DNA from: Octopus vulgaris
Lineage: Eukaryota
Length of the DNA stretch: 64,000 bases
Direction: 5' to 3'
Assembly: GCA_951406725.2 (NCBI GenBank)
Contig: OX597814.1
Coordinates: 209,684,001-209,748,000 of the forward strand
Shown one piece after another: positions 1 through 12,720 of this stretch. The position numbers and the translations under genes are program-made. The notes under the pieces are model-generated. The model was not told the origin of the DNA, did no database searches, and saw only the letters and a program-made list of their open reading frames with translations. Positions within the stretch are counted from its first letter, which is position 1. Each line of letters opens with the position of its first letter.

Positions 1-487
1 TTCAATATTAATATATTAACTGCATGTTATTTACGGAATATACTCAGTCTGTTATGCTGTCTTATTTGTACACACGACTTTATATCGAGCAAAACAGGAA
101 GATTAGATGTTTGCGTTTAACCTGTTTAAAATGGCAGCCAGTTTCTTCAAAATCATAACTTCTGAGAAAATTAGAAGCACATACAGTACAATGTAGGCTC
201 CAATATAAAAGAGCAACAACATGGTATCTATTAGAAAGTCTTTGGCTGGAGATCTCTTTAATCAAGCGTGTCATGCTGCTAATCTCTTAAGCTTATACAC
301 CGCTTTATTAACCAGGAAACAAAACTACAAACATGGATGCACGCACACACGCGCGCATACACACACATACATACACACACATGCACAAACACATACAGAC
401 ACACAAGCACCAGGCACACGCATGGACGTACAAGCACACTTGCACAAACTTCACAAACACACACGCACACGTGCACACACAGACACA

Positions 488-525
<38 letters not shown>

Positions 526-1379
526 TACACACACTCATAATTGATCACACACTGTATTTTAATTTTCCTCCGAGGAAAAAAAAAAACACTCATTTATCGC
601 ACGGGATATTATTATTTTTGTTCTTCAGACCAAAGTCAGTTTTGATCTCATAGAACTAAGATCAAAGACGTTCTATTCGTTTCCATTCCAGCATTATTTC
701 AGACACAATTCATTTACGACTACATTATTCCAACTTTTTTTCTTTGTATATAAATTACAATATTTTTTGTGACTGGTTAGAGATTTAAGTACTATTTCCT
801 CCATTTCGAGCTATCACATAACAAATTGTAAAATTTCAAAATAGTCGAATTCACGCCATGCTTTCAATTACCATTAGAATTTCATTTAATCTAAATCGAG
901 TAGAGAATAAGTGACACAAGTATCTGTTTCTCTTTGCAGCCACAGGAATACGGTCATACTGTGACAGCACCTTCAACGATTTTAGTTGATCATATCTCCC
1001 CCACGTCCATTCCTGTCTGCTACTTAATTTACAGATCTATAGTTATCAAATAACTAAATTAACTCTTAGACTTAAACACCGCTTTATCAAACAGAAAAAC
1101 AAAACTACAAACACGGATGGACACACACACACAAGCATGCGCATGCACGTGCACACACACGCACATATACACACATACATACATATATATACATATGTAT
1201 ATATATATATGACTGAGGTTAGTAAATCAAACTAACTAGAGTCTTTTACACACTCACGGATATTAGCTGACATTAATAACTAGTACTTGCGACTACGATA
1301 CCCACTTGAATTCTATATCCCTACCAACCATAATTTGAAAACTTATTTATATATATATATATAGCTTTATATAGATGTT

Positions 1380-2060
1380 TTGCGAACAACTTGCACATGG
1401 AAGTGCTACCAGTCGAAAGCTCCGCAAATCGGAAGCCACAGGTGTATGGCATCATCAGGAGAGAATGCGCGCCATTTCGGGGCGTAATTCTCCTTTCCCA
1501 GTTTCTCCACTGTAGATCCTGTCATATTATCAAGAGATTGACATACCTTGTTCCCAAACTCTTTATATCTTCCTTTCTCATTAGCAGCAGGCCCCAGCAT
1601 CCTCGGTTTCCTCGGTACTGTCTGATACACCAGTCTCATAACCTCCAGTTTCCTGTCGAGGAAAGGTCTTTGCCATAGCATTTATCGATCCGCTGTGGTT
1701 TGAGTCCGGGAATGATTTGCCACGTGTTTTACGATCAGATGATCCACACTGCTCAGTCCTTTTCTTACAACTCTTTCCCCGATGTGTCTTCAAGCCTCTT
1801 TCGATTGCAAAAATCCCACAGCACAGCTTGCGTCCAAAGATGTTTGCACTTCGTTCGCCGTTCGAAGGAATGGCCATATTCATGTTCAAGGTCATTTCGG
1901 TGTGAACTTGGTTTGACTGATTCTCGACTCACCCCTCTCGGTCAATGACGGGGCTGTCAATCTCATAGGTAGTTATTACAATATGTCAGAGAGGCAAGGA
2001 TTGTAATTTCGCAGCCTCCTGCAGTGTTTCCTGGCATCGATAGACTTACCCGTTATCAGC
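1380..2060 (-). mobile_element. GC-richer interspersed-repeat fragment, possibly the 5' UTR region of a non-LTR retrotransposon
   Basis: Abrupt GC-richer block next to (TA)n. No recognisable protein motif in the overlapping ORFs. Strand is a guess. Confidence 0.25.
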
Positions 2061-2499
2061 TCGTCTTATGTGATTTGCTATATATACAGAGAAATTCAGT
2101 TGTATTAAGGTATTTACCTAGTATCGCATTACTTAATTATTCACAGAAGTCAGTAAAACTCTGGTTGCTTGGTTGTGAGTGACAAAGTTTTCACTGCTAG
2201 ATGAACGATGGTCGGTTCCTGTTGAACGATGAACAAAGCATTTTCCCCTTGGCTGGTTTAGACAATGTGTTGGTGTCGATAAATATCAATGGCAGTGGAT
2301 AAGTGCTGCTGAAAGTGACTGACAAAAACGGCTGCTATGTGGTTATGCAACTAAGGTCTAACGAATGCAAATATCCGGTGTGCAATGTCAACATGATATG
2401 CATTGGCCTCACTTGTGGTACCTTAGTACAATTCAGTATATACACACATATATACATACACGGCCCCATATATATCTATGTAGCACCGAAAAACCTTCC

Positions 2500-3445
2500 C
2501 TAATTGCGATCTCTTCATAAAGACGGTTGTGGTGACTGTTTGGTCGGGTACAGCCGGACTCATTCATTATAACTTCTTAAAACCCAGAAAAACCATTACT
2601 ACAGATACATATTGCCATGAAATTGCTAAAAATTAACGAAAAACTGCTACTCCTCCCTTCAAGACTGGTCAACAAAAAAGGGCTAATAATTCTTCATGAC
2701 AATGCTCGACCACACGTTTCCGTAATGATACTCCATACACACATACATACATACATACATACATACATACATACATACATACATACATACATACATACAT
2801 ACATGCATACATACATACATACATACATACATACATACATACATACATACATACATGCATACATACACATGTGTATGTGCATGCACACTGTCGCACACAC
2901 ATGCACACACACAAAAAAGAACGCTGTTCCGATAATGGACAGAGTGAACGATTATGGAAAAGCTTGCAAGACGCAACGAAAATTTTAATAAAAATGAATA
3001 AGTAAAAGAGTGGAAATCAGACCGGTGAGTGTGTTAAATTAACAAGGCACTAAAAGAGAATGACTCTCCCCAGACACAATAAATTATGCTTCAACACACA
3101 AATTCATATGAAGAGGGAATTTGGCTACGAAGTTTTTCCCCACTCAGCTTAATCCTCAGACCTTTCTTCTACCGATTACAACCTATTCAAGCACCTTGAT
3201 GGTTTCCTGAGAGAGAAGGAGTTAAAAAATCAAACCGATGCTGAAAGTGTGTTCAAAGAATTCATCAGCTCCAGATCTCCAGATTTTTATGGTACCGGAA
3301 TAAACAAACTTGTAACTCGTTGGCAAAAAAAATGTGTTGATTGTAATAGTATTTACTGTGATGAATAAAATTTCCCCATTGTTGACATATATTGTGATGA
3401 ATTTCATGTTACAAAACGTTGCTTATTTTTACTCAGCCTGATAGT
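2500..3445 (+). mobile_element. Decayed mariner (Tc1/mariner) transposase 3' half, interrupted by a (TACA)n plus unrelated insert at ~2735-3118
   Basis: VVVTVW-like segment, LHDNARPH (2692-2715), and after the insert GYEVFPH, SDLSSTDYNLFKHLD (decayed YSPDLSPTDY) and GINKLVTRWQK. TIR-like end ttatttttactcagcctgata at ~3423-3443. Confidence 0.85.
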
Positions 3446-4259
3446 TTTAAAGCTTCAGCTAAGTAGTGTATATAAAATCTACGGCTTCTGTCAATTCCCC
3501 TATATAAATACCATTCTACTTCCTTCATATCTGCTCCGAATGCCAGTTGCTGTACTAAAATTTTGCAATAAATACGTTTCGACTTGCGAGGTCATATGCA
3601 TTGTAGTTGATGCATAGCTAAGGTGAGCGTCACCTGTCTTACTTCTGACAGGACTGTCAATCACAATTAGGCTGTAACACCTCACTCACGGCTTTTGACG
3701 ATGAGAATAGGGACACTTCATTCAGTGTGTGTTCAGATCAATTTAAGAAGCTTGTGTGAAACCCTCCTACGATCTAATATTTTATGTAGTGAAATTACAG
3801 CAAAGGTGTCAACGTTAAGCGTGTGAACATGTATTCGTATTTCAGTATTCCGTCAATACGTTTTTATTGTTGACCTAATAGATCGTAAGAAAACTGTTTT
3901 CTATTATTACAGGAATTGATGAACATTAGATTTGTTGTGTTTTTTTTCAGTACAGGTATGGCGCCGATGGTTAAAATAGTAATTCAAAACTAAAAATGCA
4001 GAAAGTGTTTATGCCCTAGGTTTTTAAAAACAACTATTCTCTCTGCTAAGGTTGTTCTGAGTGTACAATTTAGAAGCATGTCACACTTATTAATAACCAA
4101 GTGTAAAAAAAACTTTCATTGTATCTTTTTTTTCTTCTAGTTTCAGCTGATGTATGTGCGTTTCTTGTTGATCAGACATCAGAAAATCTTGAATAAAAGT
4201 GATAGCACTAGACCACGAACATTAAACCCGCTATTTGAATCGTAAGCAGCAAAATCTGG

Positions 4260-4530
4260 ACCGAATATTTGCATAGATATTCATAATTCGTCAGTTCAGA
4301 TGCAAAATATGCTGGTCGCTGTAGTGTACGTCTAGGGAGCATAGATTGTCCCTTTTACGACGACAAACACAGCACTTTGTCGCACGGGATTCTGGGATAT
4401 GTCATGTTGTGTCTCGTTTGCCGGAAGTAGCCGGAACCCGGAGACTAGACAGAGACAGCGGCTTTGGTTAAACTCTGGGTTCCGGGAACTTCTTTGTTTC
4501 CTCAGCGAACGAATTGTTCGCTAATCGGTG
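4260..4530. promoter_or_regulatory. Candidate promoter-like CpG-enriched patch
   Basis: ETS sites CCGGAAGT (4421-4428) and CCGGAA (4431-4436), a ZNF143/Staf-like GGATTCTGGGATATGTCA (4387-4404) and an octamer ATTTGCAT (4267-4274) in non-repetitive-looking sequence. Confidence 0.3.
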
Positions 4531-5320
4531 GACTGTGGCCATGCTGGATCACCGTCTTTAAGAATTTTAATCAGACGAACCGATCTCAGTATATTTTTTT
4601 AAAGACTTTTTCTATCAACCTCTTTTGCTGGCCTGCTAAATCACTGGGACATAAACACACCAACACCAGTTGTCAAGTGGTGATGATGGACAAACGCAGA
4701 CACAATGACACACACACACACGCATATTCACACCCATACAGAGACACAGACACGCATACACACACTCACTCACACAGACGTACACACACATACACACGTA
4801 TACATATACATATATATATATATATATATATAACTTATGAATAAAGGCAAACGAAAAAATTTCTAATGCCAAATATGCCGAAATTGGACACATTGTCCAT
4901 AACCATATAATTTTTCACAATACGCACGCTACTCAAAAAAGGTCGACAGAAATTTCTAAAAAATTCCATTATTACCATATCGGACCGATTTCAGGGTTAG
5001 TTCATAAGATACGGTAATAATGGAATTTTTTAGAAATTTCTGCCGACCTTTAAGTTGTGTATAAATTTAACCTTTAAAGGTATTTTTTTAATATGCTGGC
5101 CATTGATAAAAAATTTTTTCGAAAAAATTTTATCCTACGTTAAACATATATATATATGTACATCTAAATATATGTAAATACAACGGGCTTCTTTCCGTTA
5201 CCTTCAACCAAATCCATACGAAATCCGTTCTTTGGTTGGCCCGTGGATAGAATACGTGTGGGACTGAACCCAAGACCATGTAATTGGGAACCAAACTTAT
5301 TACCATATAACCACATGTGT
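4530..5320 (-). mobile_element. Degenerate tRNA-derived SINE (family A), split by a palindromic insert (4832-5145) in its internal microsatellite
   Basis: 3' part (ggccatgctggatcaccg...cttttgctggcctgctaa) at 4530-4720 and head part (caacgggcttctttcc...gggactgaacccaagaccatg) at 5180-5320 match the intact copies at 24122 and 45632. Confidence 0.75.
4938..5051. repeat. Fold-back inverted repeat (~44 bp arms) within a (TA)n-flanked pLTR-like insert
   Basis: aaggtcgacagaaatttctaaaaaattccattattacc pairs with ggtaataatggaattttttagaaatttctgccgacctt. The loop holds GAAATCGGTC on the minus strand, resembling a hammerhead 3' half. Confidence 0.85.
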
Positions 5321-5952
5321 AAGCATTTATTAAAGTATTTAATAAAGAGTTCGATTGTAGTATTCCTACCATGAACAGTAACATGATCCTTAAAAATATC
5401 TGAGTATCAACTATTACAGCAAGATAATACAATAGATAAACATTATCTTAATCCATTTATTAAGCAATTATGAGTTTTGTTGCTTCTTTCTGTTCCGCAC
5501 AAGAACAATTCCAGTTGATAAAACCTAAACAAAGTAGGTATAATTCATACGACTAATAGCAAATCTGAAAAGAGTTATCAGGTTTACCTTTTCTGTGTCG
5601 TAATTTCAAGTGGTGTTTCATGTTATTTTCCGTGCATAGAACCTACCCAGCATTACAATAGATAAATCCTTGCTTTTGTTTTTAAACAAGTCAGTGTGAT
5701 GTGAAATAGATTTATCTATGGTACATAGATCAACTGACGGTATATAGACCATAAGTTTGACACTTTTTCTATTGACAAGTTAAATATATAAGCAAAAGCT
5801 ATGCTGCTGCTGCCCTCAGGCTGTTTGTTCTGAGGACCCGTTTCATGAGAGACAATTTTTCGACACACTAGTTTGATCGCGCGCATAAGAAAACACAATC
5901 GAGTGCATAATATATGATTTAATTATTATACATATAACACTTATACATTACG

Positions 5953-5980
<28 letters not shown>

Positions 5981-5983
<3 letters not shown>

Positions 5984-6235
5984 TCTATAATTATGAGTAT
6001 AATTATAATTAGAGGTCAGCAAAATTTGAAGCTGTCAGGGAGATATCTTACGGCAGTAAAATAGTAGTTTTAACTGCTATTTCTAAATTCCGATTTGCGG
6101 TGGAGCAAATTTTGCTGAACCCTAATCATAATTATTCTCATAATTATACAATTTCTGTATAAGTTTACCAATAATGGTTCTTTTACCATACCGAACTACT
6201 TGGTAAAATTATTAATTATTAATTAATTAAATTAT
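5981..6235. repeat. (TA)n-flanked pLTR-like element with inverted arms 5981-6027 / 6104-6153
   Basis: ataattatgagtataattataattagaggtcagcaaaatttg vs caaattttgctgaaccctaatcataattattctcataattat. Contains the ACTGCTATTTCTA box at ~6073. Confidence 0.7.
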
Positions 6236-6242
6236 ATATATA

Positions 6243-6634
6243 CTAGCAGTATCGCCCGGCGTTGCTCGGGTTTCTAAGGGAAATAACTATATAAGCATTT
6301 TTAGAGATGTAAAGTATAATAGCCATCTCAATATGGCTAACCACAAGGGGGGTGTTACTGTAGCTTTTTACGTTCTGAGATTTAATAATAAACTTTTAGA
6401 GAGTTATTTTCCTTATATATGCCAAAAATGCATTAAAAATGGGAAAAATTGATGGTAATTTTTTTTTAAATCGTAGACTCATCGTAGACGCGCGCTAATA
6501 TCCAGAAGGGCTCGATATGAATCACGGCTATAAGATACCCGGTTTTGGTTAACTGCACCGCAAAATGTGGGAGTAGTTAGGAATCTAAATCGTAGGAGAC
6601 AGACAGCACACAACCTCATTTTTATATATAAAGA
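6243..6634 (-). mobile_element. Non-autonomous Helitron (~390 bp)
   Basis: Minus strand starts A|TCTTTATATATAAAAATGAG and ends with the hairpin CCCGAGCAACGCCGGG followed by CTAG|T. These are canonical Helitron termini with an AT target. Confidence 0.8.
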
Positions 6635-7316
6635 TATATATATATATATATGAATATATAACATGTATATTACATGTACGATACATATAGAGTACAAAAA
6701 AACTCTACGGGCTTCGATAGTCGATGAAATTTAAACAGAATTAAGAAAGTTTAATCTTTCTATGCGAACGGATGGTGGGAGACCCTTGCAATAACGTACA
6801 CAATATAGAAAAAAAGCAAGTGTTTCTTGATCTACTCTTCTTATATTCCCTTACTTAATAAGCTGATTCAATCTTTACTTATCGAATGATAGAATGATAA
6901 GCGTCGTCGTCGTAATGAAGATATGTCTTAGTACATACAGTTGAAGGCTGAAATTGCTTTTTCAAAGAAGAAACTTCTCCCTATTATATTTTGTACTTCA
7001 GGTTGCGGTCATAGATTAAAAAAAAAAAAGTATCAGTGATATAACGCATGAATAAAGTCGACTGCGTGACCTTTAGATTGTCGAAGATAATCGATAGATT
7101 GATATAGATAAAAATAATGACACAAGCACATTCACAACAGCCGCGCGCGCACACTCACACTCACACTCACACACAAACAAATAAACCTACAATTACACAT
7201 AAACGCATATACTAACACATATGGGTTACGAGGTAGTGATTTATTTCCGTTAGATGCTGGTGGGCATGTGCGTGTTCATATATATATATATACATAAACA
7301 CACACACACACACATA

Positions 7317-7373
<57 letters not shown>

Positions 7374-7439
7374 GTACATATACGTTTGATACACTGTGTA
7401 TAAATACACATTCACTGTGTATAAATACACATTCACATA

Positions 7440-7750
7440 CGGTCGTAGGGTCGCAGATTCGATTCCTAGACTGGGCGTTGAGAGTGTTTGTCGAGCTAAA
7501 ACATAAAACTCCGGGATGCTCCGGCAGCTGGTGGTGGTGGACCCTGCTGTACTCTATCTCAACAGCTTCTCTTATTCTTTCTCCCTGTTTCTCTTTTACC
7601 TCCCTGTCACGCTGAATCTCCCCGAGAAATATGTTAAGGCTACACGTGTCTGTGGAATACTCACCCACTTACACGTTTATTTCCCGAGGAGTTTGTCCCG
7701 TTGATCGGATCAACTGAAACTCTCGTCGTCGTCGTAACCGACGGAGTGCC
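7440..7750 (+). mobile_element. tRNA-derived SINE family B, 5'-truncated
   Basis: Matches 30006-30374 (gagctaaaacataaaactcc...cacgctgaatctccccgag...cgtcgtaaccgacggagtgc). Confidence 0.85.
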
Positions 7751-7872
7751 ATGATGATACAAATACACACAACCATTCATGCACAGTTAATCAAAAGAAA
7801 TAACAACATATCTGATAGAAATAGTATAGACGTGTACTGGGAAACGAAATTTTCTTCATAATAGTTCAAGAA

Positions 7873-7921
<49 letters not shown>

Positions 7922-7992
7922 AACAGATAAATTCCTCTATTTACATAATATCGAGGTCTCTTTAGTTCTTTTGTTGTCTTACCATTTTTATC

Positions 7993-8060
<68 letters not shown>

Positions 8061-8061
8061 G

Positions 8062-8109
<48 letters not shown>

Positions 8110-8136
8110 TATATATATATATATACACACACACAC

Positions 8137-8191
<55 letters not shown>

Positions 8192-8682
8192 TATATATGC
8201 GTGTCTGTGTGTATGTATATATTTGCACTAGTAATTTAGGATTCATATACAAAACGGTCAAAGGAAATCAATCACCAAACAGTGGATCTGATGGAACCCA
8301 TTGCATGACTAATATTATTTATCCACACGGGAAATATGAAAGTAAAAAATCGTCTTTGACAGAAGATTGAGTCAAGTTCGTGGTTTTATTTCAGCTGAAT
8401 ATGTAATTTGGCCTCTGTCATATTTTAGAATGAAATGTCTATCTTGCTGCACCCCTTTTCAAGGTTATCATAAATACGGATAGAATCTTACTCACTGAAA
8501 AATCGTGATTTAAAATTTTCTTTGCTTGTTTCTTTCTTCCTTTCCTTCCCTCCTTCCTTCCTTCCTTCGTTCTTTCCTTCTTCCCTCCCTGCTTTCTTCA
8601 TTTGTTTCTTTGCTTCCTTCTTTCTCGTTTTGTGTGTATGTATGTCATTATTCAGTTTGTTTCAAGCTTTCTTGCCAATAGA

Positions 8683-8731
8683 GAAAGAACCGGTTTCTAA
8701 CCTAGACCCAAGGCTCCTTCATTGGAATTTC
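8683..8731 (-). ncRNA. Hammerhead-like ribozyme variant in a short pLTR remnant (8644-8758)
   Basis: Minus strand reads gaaatt CCAATGA agg agcct-tgggtct-aggtt aGAAAC cggt TC tttc. The core deviates from CUGANGA. Confidence 0.45.
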
Positions 8732-8864
8732 AACATCACCAGCAGGATATTTTTGGTTGTATGTATGTATGTATGTATGTATGTATGTATGTATGTATGT
8801 ATGTATGTATGTATGTATGCATGCATGTATGCCTGTGTGTATGTATGTATTTATGTATGTGTGT

Positions 8865-9176
8865 ATGGCTCAGTGGTTAGAGCGTCGAGCTTACGATCGT
8901 GAGGTTGTGAGCTCGAATCCCGGACCGGGCTGCGTGTTGTGTTCTTGAGCAAGACACTTTATTTCACGTTGCTCCAGTTCACTCAGCTGTAGAAATGAGT
9001 TGCAATATCACTGGTGCCAAGCTGTGTCAGCCTCTCTCTTTCCCTTCGATAACATCAGTGGCGTGGAGAGGGAAGGCTGGTATGCATGGGCGACTGCTGG
9101 TCTTCCATAAACAACCTTGCCCGGACTTGTGTCTAGGTGCAATCCCATGGTCATTCATGACCGAAGGGGGTCTTTA
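8865..9176 (+). mobile_element. tRNA-derived CORE-type SINE (octopus OR2-like)
   Basis: A box TGGCTCAGTGG and B box GCTCGAATCC, followed by a CORE-like tgtgttcttgagcaagacactt...ctcagctgtagaaatgag. Embedded in (TATG)n. Confidence 0.8.
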
Positions 9177-9491
9177 TGTATGTATGTATGTATGTATGTA
9201 TGCATGTGTGTATGCATGTATGTATGTATGTTCAGATTTGTATGTCTTATGCATGTATTCTCGCGTATATCACTGCATATCTAGACATGTTCATATATAT
9301 TTAAATTATAAACTTCTGGAAAGTTTTACAGATTCTTACAGTTCCAGTGATGGAAAGAATCTGTAGTCTTCGAATTAGCTTTCTTTTAGAGAAATCCAAT
9401 TTCTCAAGATTGGTAATTAGGCAGTGTGTAATTAGGCCCCAATAATTAGAGGTATAAACCTGAACTTGTATGTATGTATGTATTATGTATG

Positions 9492-9522
<31 letters not shown>

Positions 9523-9641
9523 GTAAGTATGTATGTATGTATGTATGTATGTATTTATTTATCTATCTGTACAGTTACATCTAATACATATATATATATT
9601 TCTTCTTATATTTTTTTCTTTTATTTGTTTCAGTCATTTGA

Positions 9642-9674
<33 letters not shown>

Positions 9675-9677
<3 letters not shown>

Positions 9678-9935
9678 AGAGTATCTAAGAGATACCACCT
9701 CACTTGAAATAGCAGCCAAAAGTTGACTCTCAAACCCCATTAAAAGTTCTCTCCTGGTGCTGTATGAACTTTTGATGTGGTTTCACAGTCATGTTTTGGC
9801 TACTATTTCAAGCGTGGTGGTATCTCTTAGATACTCAAAATCATAATTTTTATAATAATTATTACCTTTGAAGGTTTTTATTCCCATGCTGGCCACTTGA
9901 TAAGTTCGATATTTAAATAATGATCTCATCCATAT
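9675..9935. repeat. Fold-back pLTR-like element (arms 9675-9749 / 9766-9838), same family as 56592-56730
   Basis: gagtatctaagagataccacctcacttgaaatagcagccaaaa pairs with ttttggctactatttcaagcgtggtggtatctcttagatactc. (TA)n lies on both sides. Confidence 0.85.
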
Positions 9936-9936
9936 T

Positions 9937-10060
<124 letters not shown>

Positions 10061-10175
10061 TTAGTACCTAAATGCGAATATATGTATCTATCTCTTTCTC
10101 TGTCTGTCTGTCTCTCTCTATCTAAATATATATAAATATATACAGATACATACACACACACACACACATGTATAT

Positions 10176-10400
10176 ATTTCTTTATTGCCCACAAGGGGCT
10201 AAACAGAGGGGACAAACAAAGACAGACAAAGGGATTGAGTCGATTACATCGACCCCAGTGCGAAACTGGTACTTTATTTATCGACCTAGAAAGGATGAAA
10301 GGCAAAGTCGACCTCGGCGGAATTTGAACTCAGAACGTAATGGCAGACGAAATACCACTAAGCATTTCGCCCGGCGTGCTAACGTTTCTGCCAGCTTGCC
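10176..10400 (-). mobile_element. tRNA-derived SINE family C (MetaSINE-like central domain)
   Basis: Reverse complement of 31248-31478, with gagttcaaattcc B box and gcctttcatcctttc..gtcgataaat domain. Confidence 0.85.
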
Positions 10401-10704
10401 GAATGAAGGAAAAATAGATAGATAGAGATAGATAGATAAGGAGAGAGAGGAAGAGTAGTCTGGATGAAAAATGTGGACTCAGTACCTAATAGTAGCAAAT
10501 AATAATTTTATTTTGATCAAGCCAGTGTCTCAATAATCTGAATTTTCGCATGAGACTTCAGAAGACTGTGTATATAGCCTTATGACCATGTGAAGATACG
10601 TTGGTGAACAAGCAGAAAAAATTCCAGAGTAACAAGCGGCATACACGTCCAGCGCGCGCACATACACACACAAACACACACACACACACTCATACACACG
10701 CGCC

Positions 10705-10741
<37 letters not shown>

Positions 10742-11076
10742 ATACACACACAATTCCATCTACATATTCGGTCAAATGCTACGCGGCATAATTAGCAAGG
10801 AGTCAATCATACTGAAGCATATTTAATGCATGTGGAATATTCTTAAGCCTATTCTGTTATTGCTAAATAATACTATTAAAGTTTTGAAAATTTAAGCACG
10901 TTACACTTCACCATTTGCAGCCGCACATATCAATACTTTATAAGCTCTCTGCTCCAGGTGAAAGTTTGGTAGTGTCATGACTTACTAATAATACAACGTA
11001 TTGAAATGTTGCAGGCGTAAAATGTTTTTGCCACGATATGACTATTCTACGTGACATGATTGCCGAACAATTTCAT

Positions 11077-11114
<38 letters not shown>

Positions 11115-11125
11115 GCATATATCGT

Positions 11126-11348
11126 TTATCTTTCACTTGTTTCAGTCATTTTTTACTGTGACCATGCTGGAGTACCGCCTTTTAATTGAAGAAATCGACC
11201 CTTGGGCTTACACTTTGTAAGCCTCATACTTATTCTATCGATAACTTTAGACGAACCGCTAAGCGATGCTGGTGGGACAGAAACAAACACACAAATATAT
11301 ACATACATACATACACACACACATATATATATACACACTTCTATCTTT

Positions 11349-11441
<93 letters not shown>

Positions 11442-11606
11442 ACGACAAGCTTCTTTCAGTTTCCGCCTGCCAAATCCACTCACAAGTGTTTGGTCGATCC
11501 GATGCTATAGTAGAAAACACTTTCCCCAAGATGCCATGCAGTGGAACAGAACCCGGAACCATGTGATTCGAAAGCAATTTTCTTACCACCAGCCAAGCCT
11601 GCGCCT
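11126..11606 (-). mobile_element. tRNA-derived SINE family A
   Basis: Homologous to 45632-46050, with internal (CA)/(TA) microsatellite. Confidence 0.85.
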
Positions 11607-11689
11607 ATGTGTGTGTGTGTGTCTAAGTCAAGATATATATAGCTATTGTATATATATATATATATCTGCTGTTCTTTGACTATCGATTT

Positions 11690-12720
11690 CATGCAGTTTT
11701 GAAGATTATATTCCTTTTCCTTTGATTCAAGTAAAACTATAGATGCAATCGGTTGATTTTTCGATCTATCCTTTGAAATTTTGTTTACAGTTGTCTTTCT
11801 GTTACGAAGGAGCCTGTATTTAGTTTTGCTCATTGCCCCCAATGGAGTGTGATGTATCCGCAAAAGATTGTCAGGATGTATTGATGCTGCTTGGGGTGAG
11901 AGAGTGAGAGAAAAACCAATAAACAAGTGTAAGATCGTGGGTGATGGCTTTCCAGTTGGCATTGTGTAAATCAAAATGCAGCGAGATAGTTCCGCCTCAC
12001 TTAAGGTTGCCGAAATCTAAAACTACAGCGAACCACATCATGGTGGGAAAGGAGAATCTTTTGCCACTGTAATATTACGGATAGTGTTAGTGTTGTAATG
12101 ACTAAACACTAAGTCCAATGTGCTTTGGTTGAATCATGTTAGTTCAAACCCGGGTTGGGACAGATAAAAATTTAATCATGAATTCGAGAAGTGATCCATT
12201 GCTGTTCTCTCTGGGGTTGAAATGCACACACCTGTCCTCAAGGTACGAGTAGACCAGTCAACCCGGGTGAAATTAAAGTCACTCATTATTAAAACGTTAT
12301 CAGATTGTCACTGCTGAATGAACGACTTTATATTTCTGAGGTAATTTTTGAAACACAGTTTTGGGTAGCCTGTTAGAGCCCGATTATTGCTAAATCGTTT
12401 TTCTTTTTCGCAATTCCCACAGGAGAATGTGACATTCGTATCTGCAGTAAAAGAGTCGTTCAAGAAAATAGCAACTCCCCACTTGCTTCTAGTGCGGTCT
12501 GCGCGAATGGTGGTATGATTCCTCACGTTTTCTTCAGCTTCCAAGTGAGCGTTGTTTTGGTGAGTCCCAGGAAGAACGAAGAAAGGAATATGATGAGGGT
12601 GGTCGGTAATACAATCATGAATGAACTGAACTTTTCGAATTGAAGCATGGAGTGCTGCCTTGAGCATTCGATAAAAATATTAAGATTGGAGTAGTGCTCG
12701 AAAGAGACTTATGGGCTTAT
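11690..12720 (-). mobile_element. Decayed CR1/Jockey-group LINE, AP-endonuclease region
   Basis: IPFFVL.GTH...TIRADR...GVAIFL (ORF 12308-12667), MSDFNFTRVDW (decayed GDFNFP.IDW, ~12255-12290), PTR and TLDLVFS. Confidence 0.75.

Noticed and set aside
221-653. ORFs rich in HT, CV, YI and similar dipeptides here and throughout the window
   Set aside because: They are translations of (CA)n, (TA)n and (TACA)n microsatellites.
280-1135. Direct repeat at 283-345 / 1062-1130
   Set aside because: Most likely two old copies of the same SINE segment, not LTRs.
3600-4160. Possible host exons suggested by splice-like signals
   Set aside because: No consistent reading frame or recognisable protein.
8865-8940. 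tRNA genes at SINE heads (also 30006, 31248, 45975)
   Set aside because: A/B boxes are present but continue into multi-copy SINE bodies, with no proper acceptor stem or terminator.
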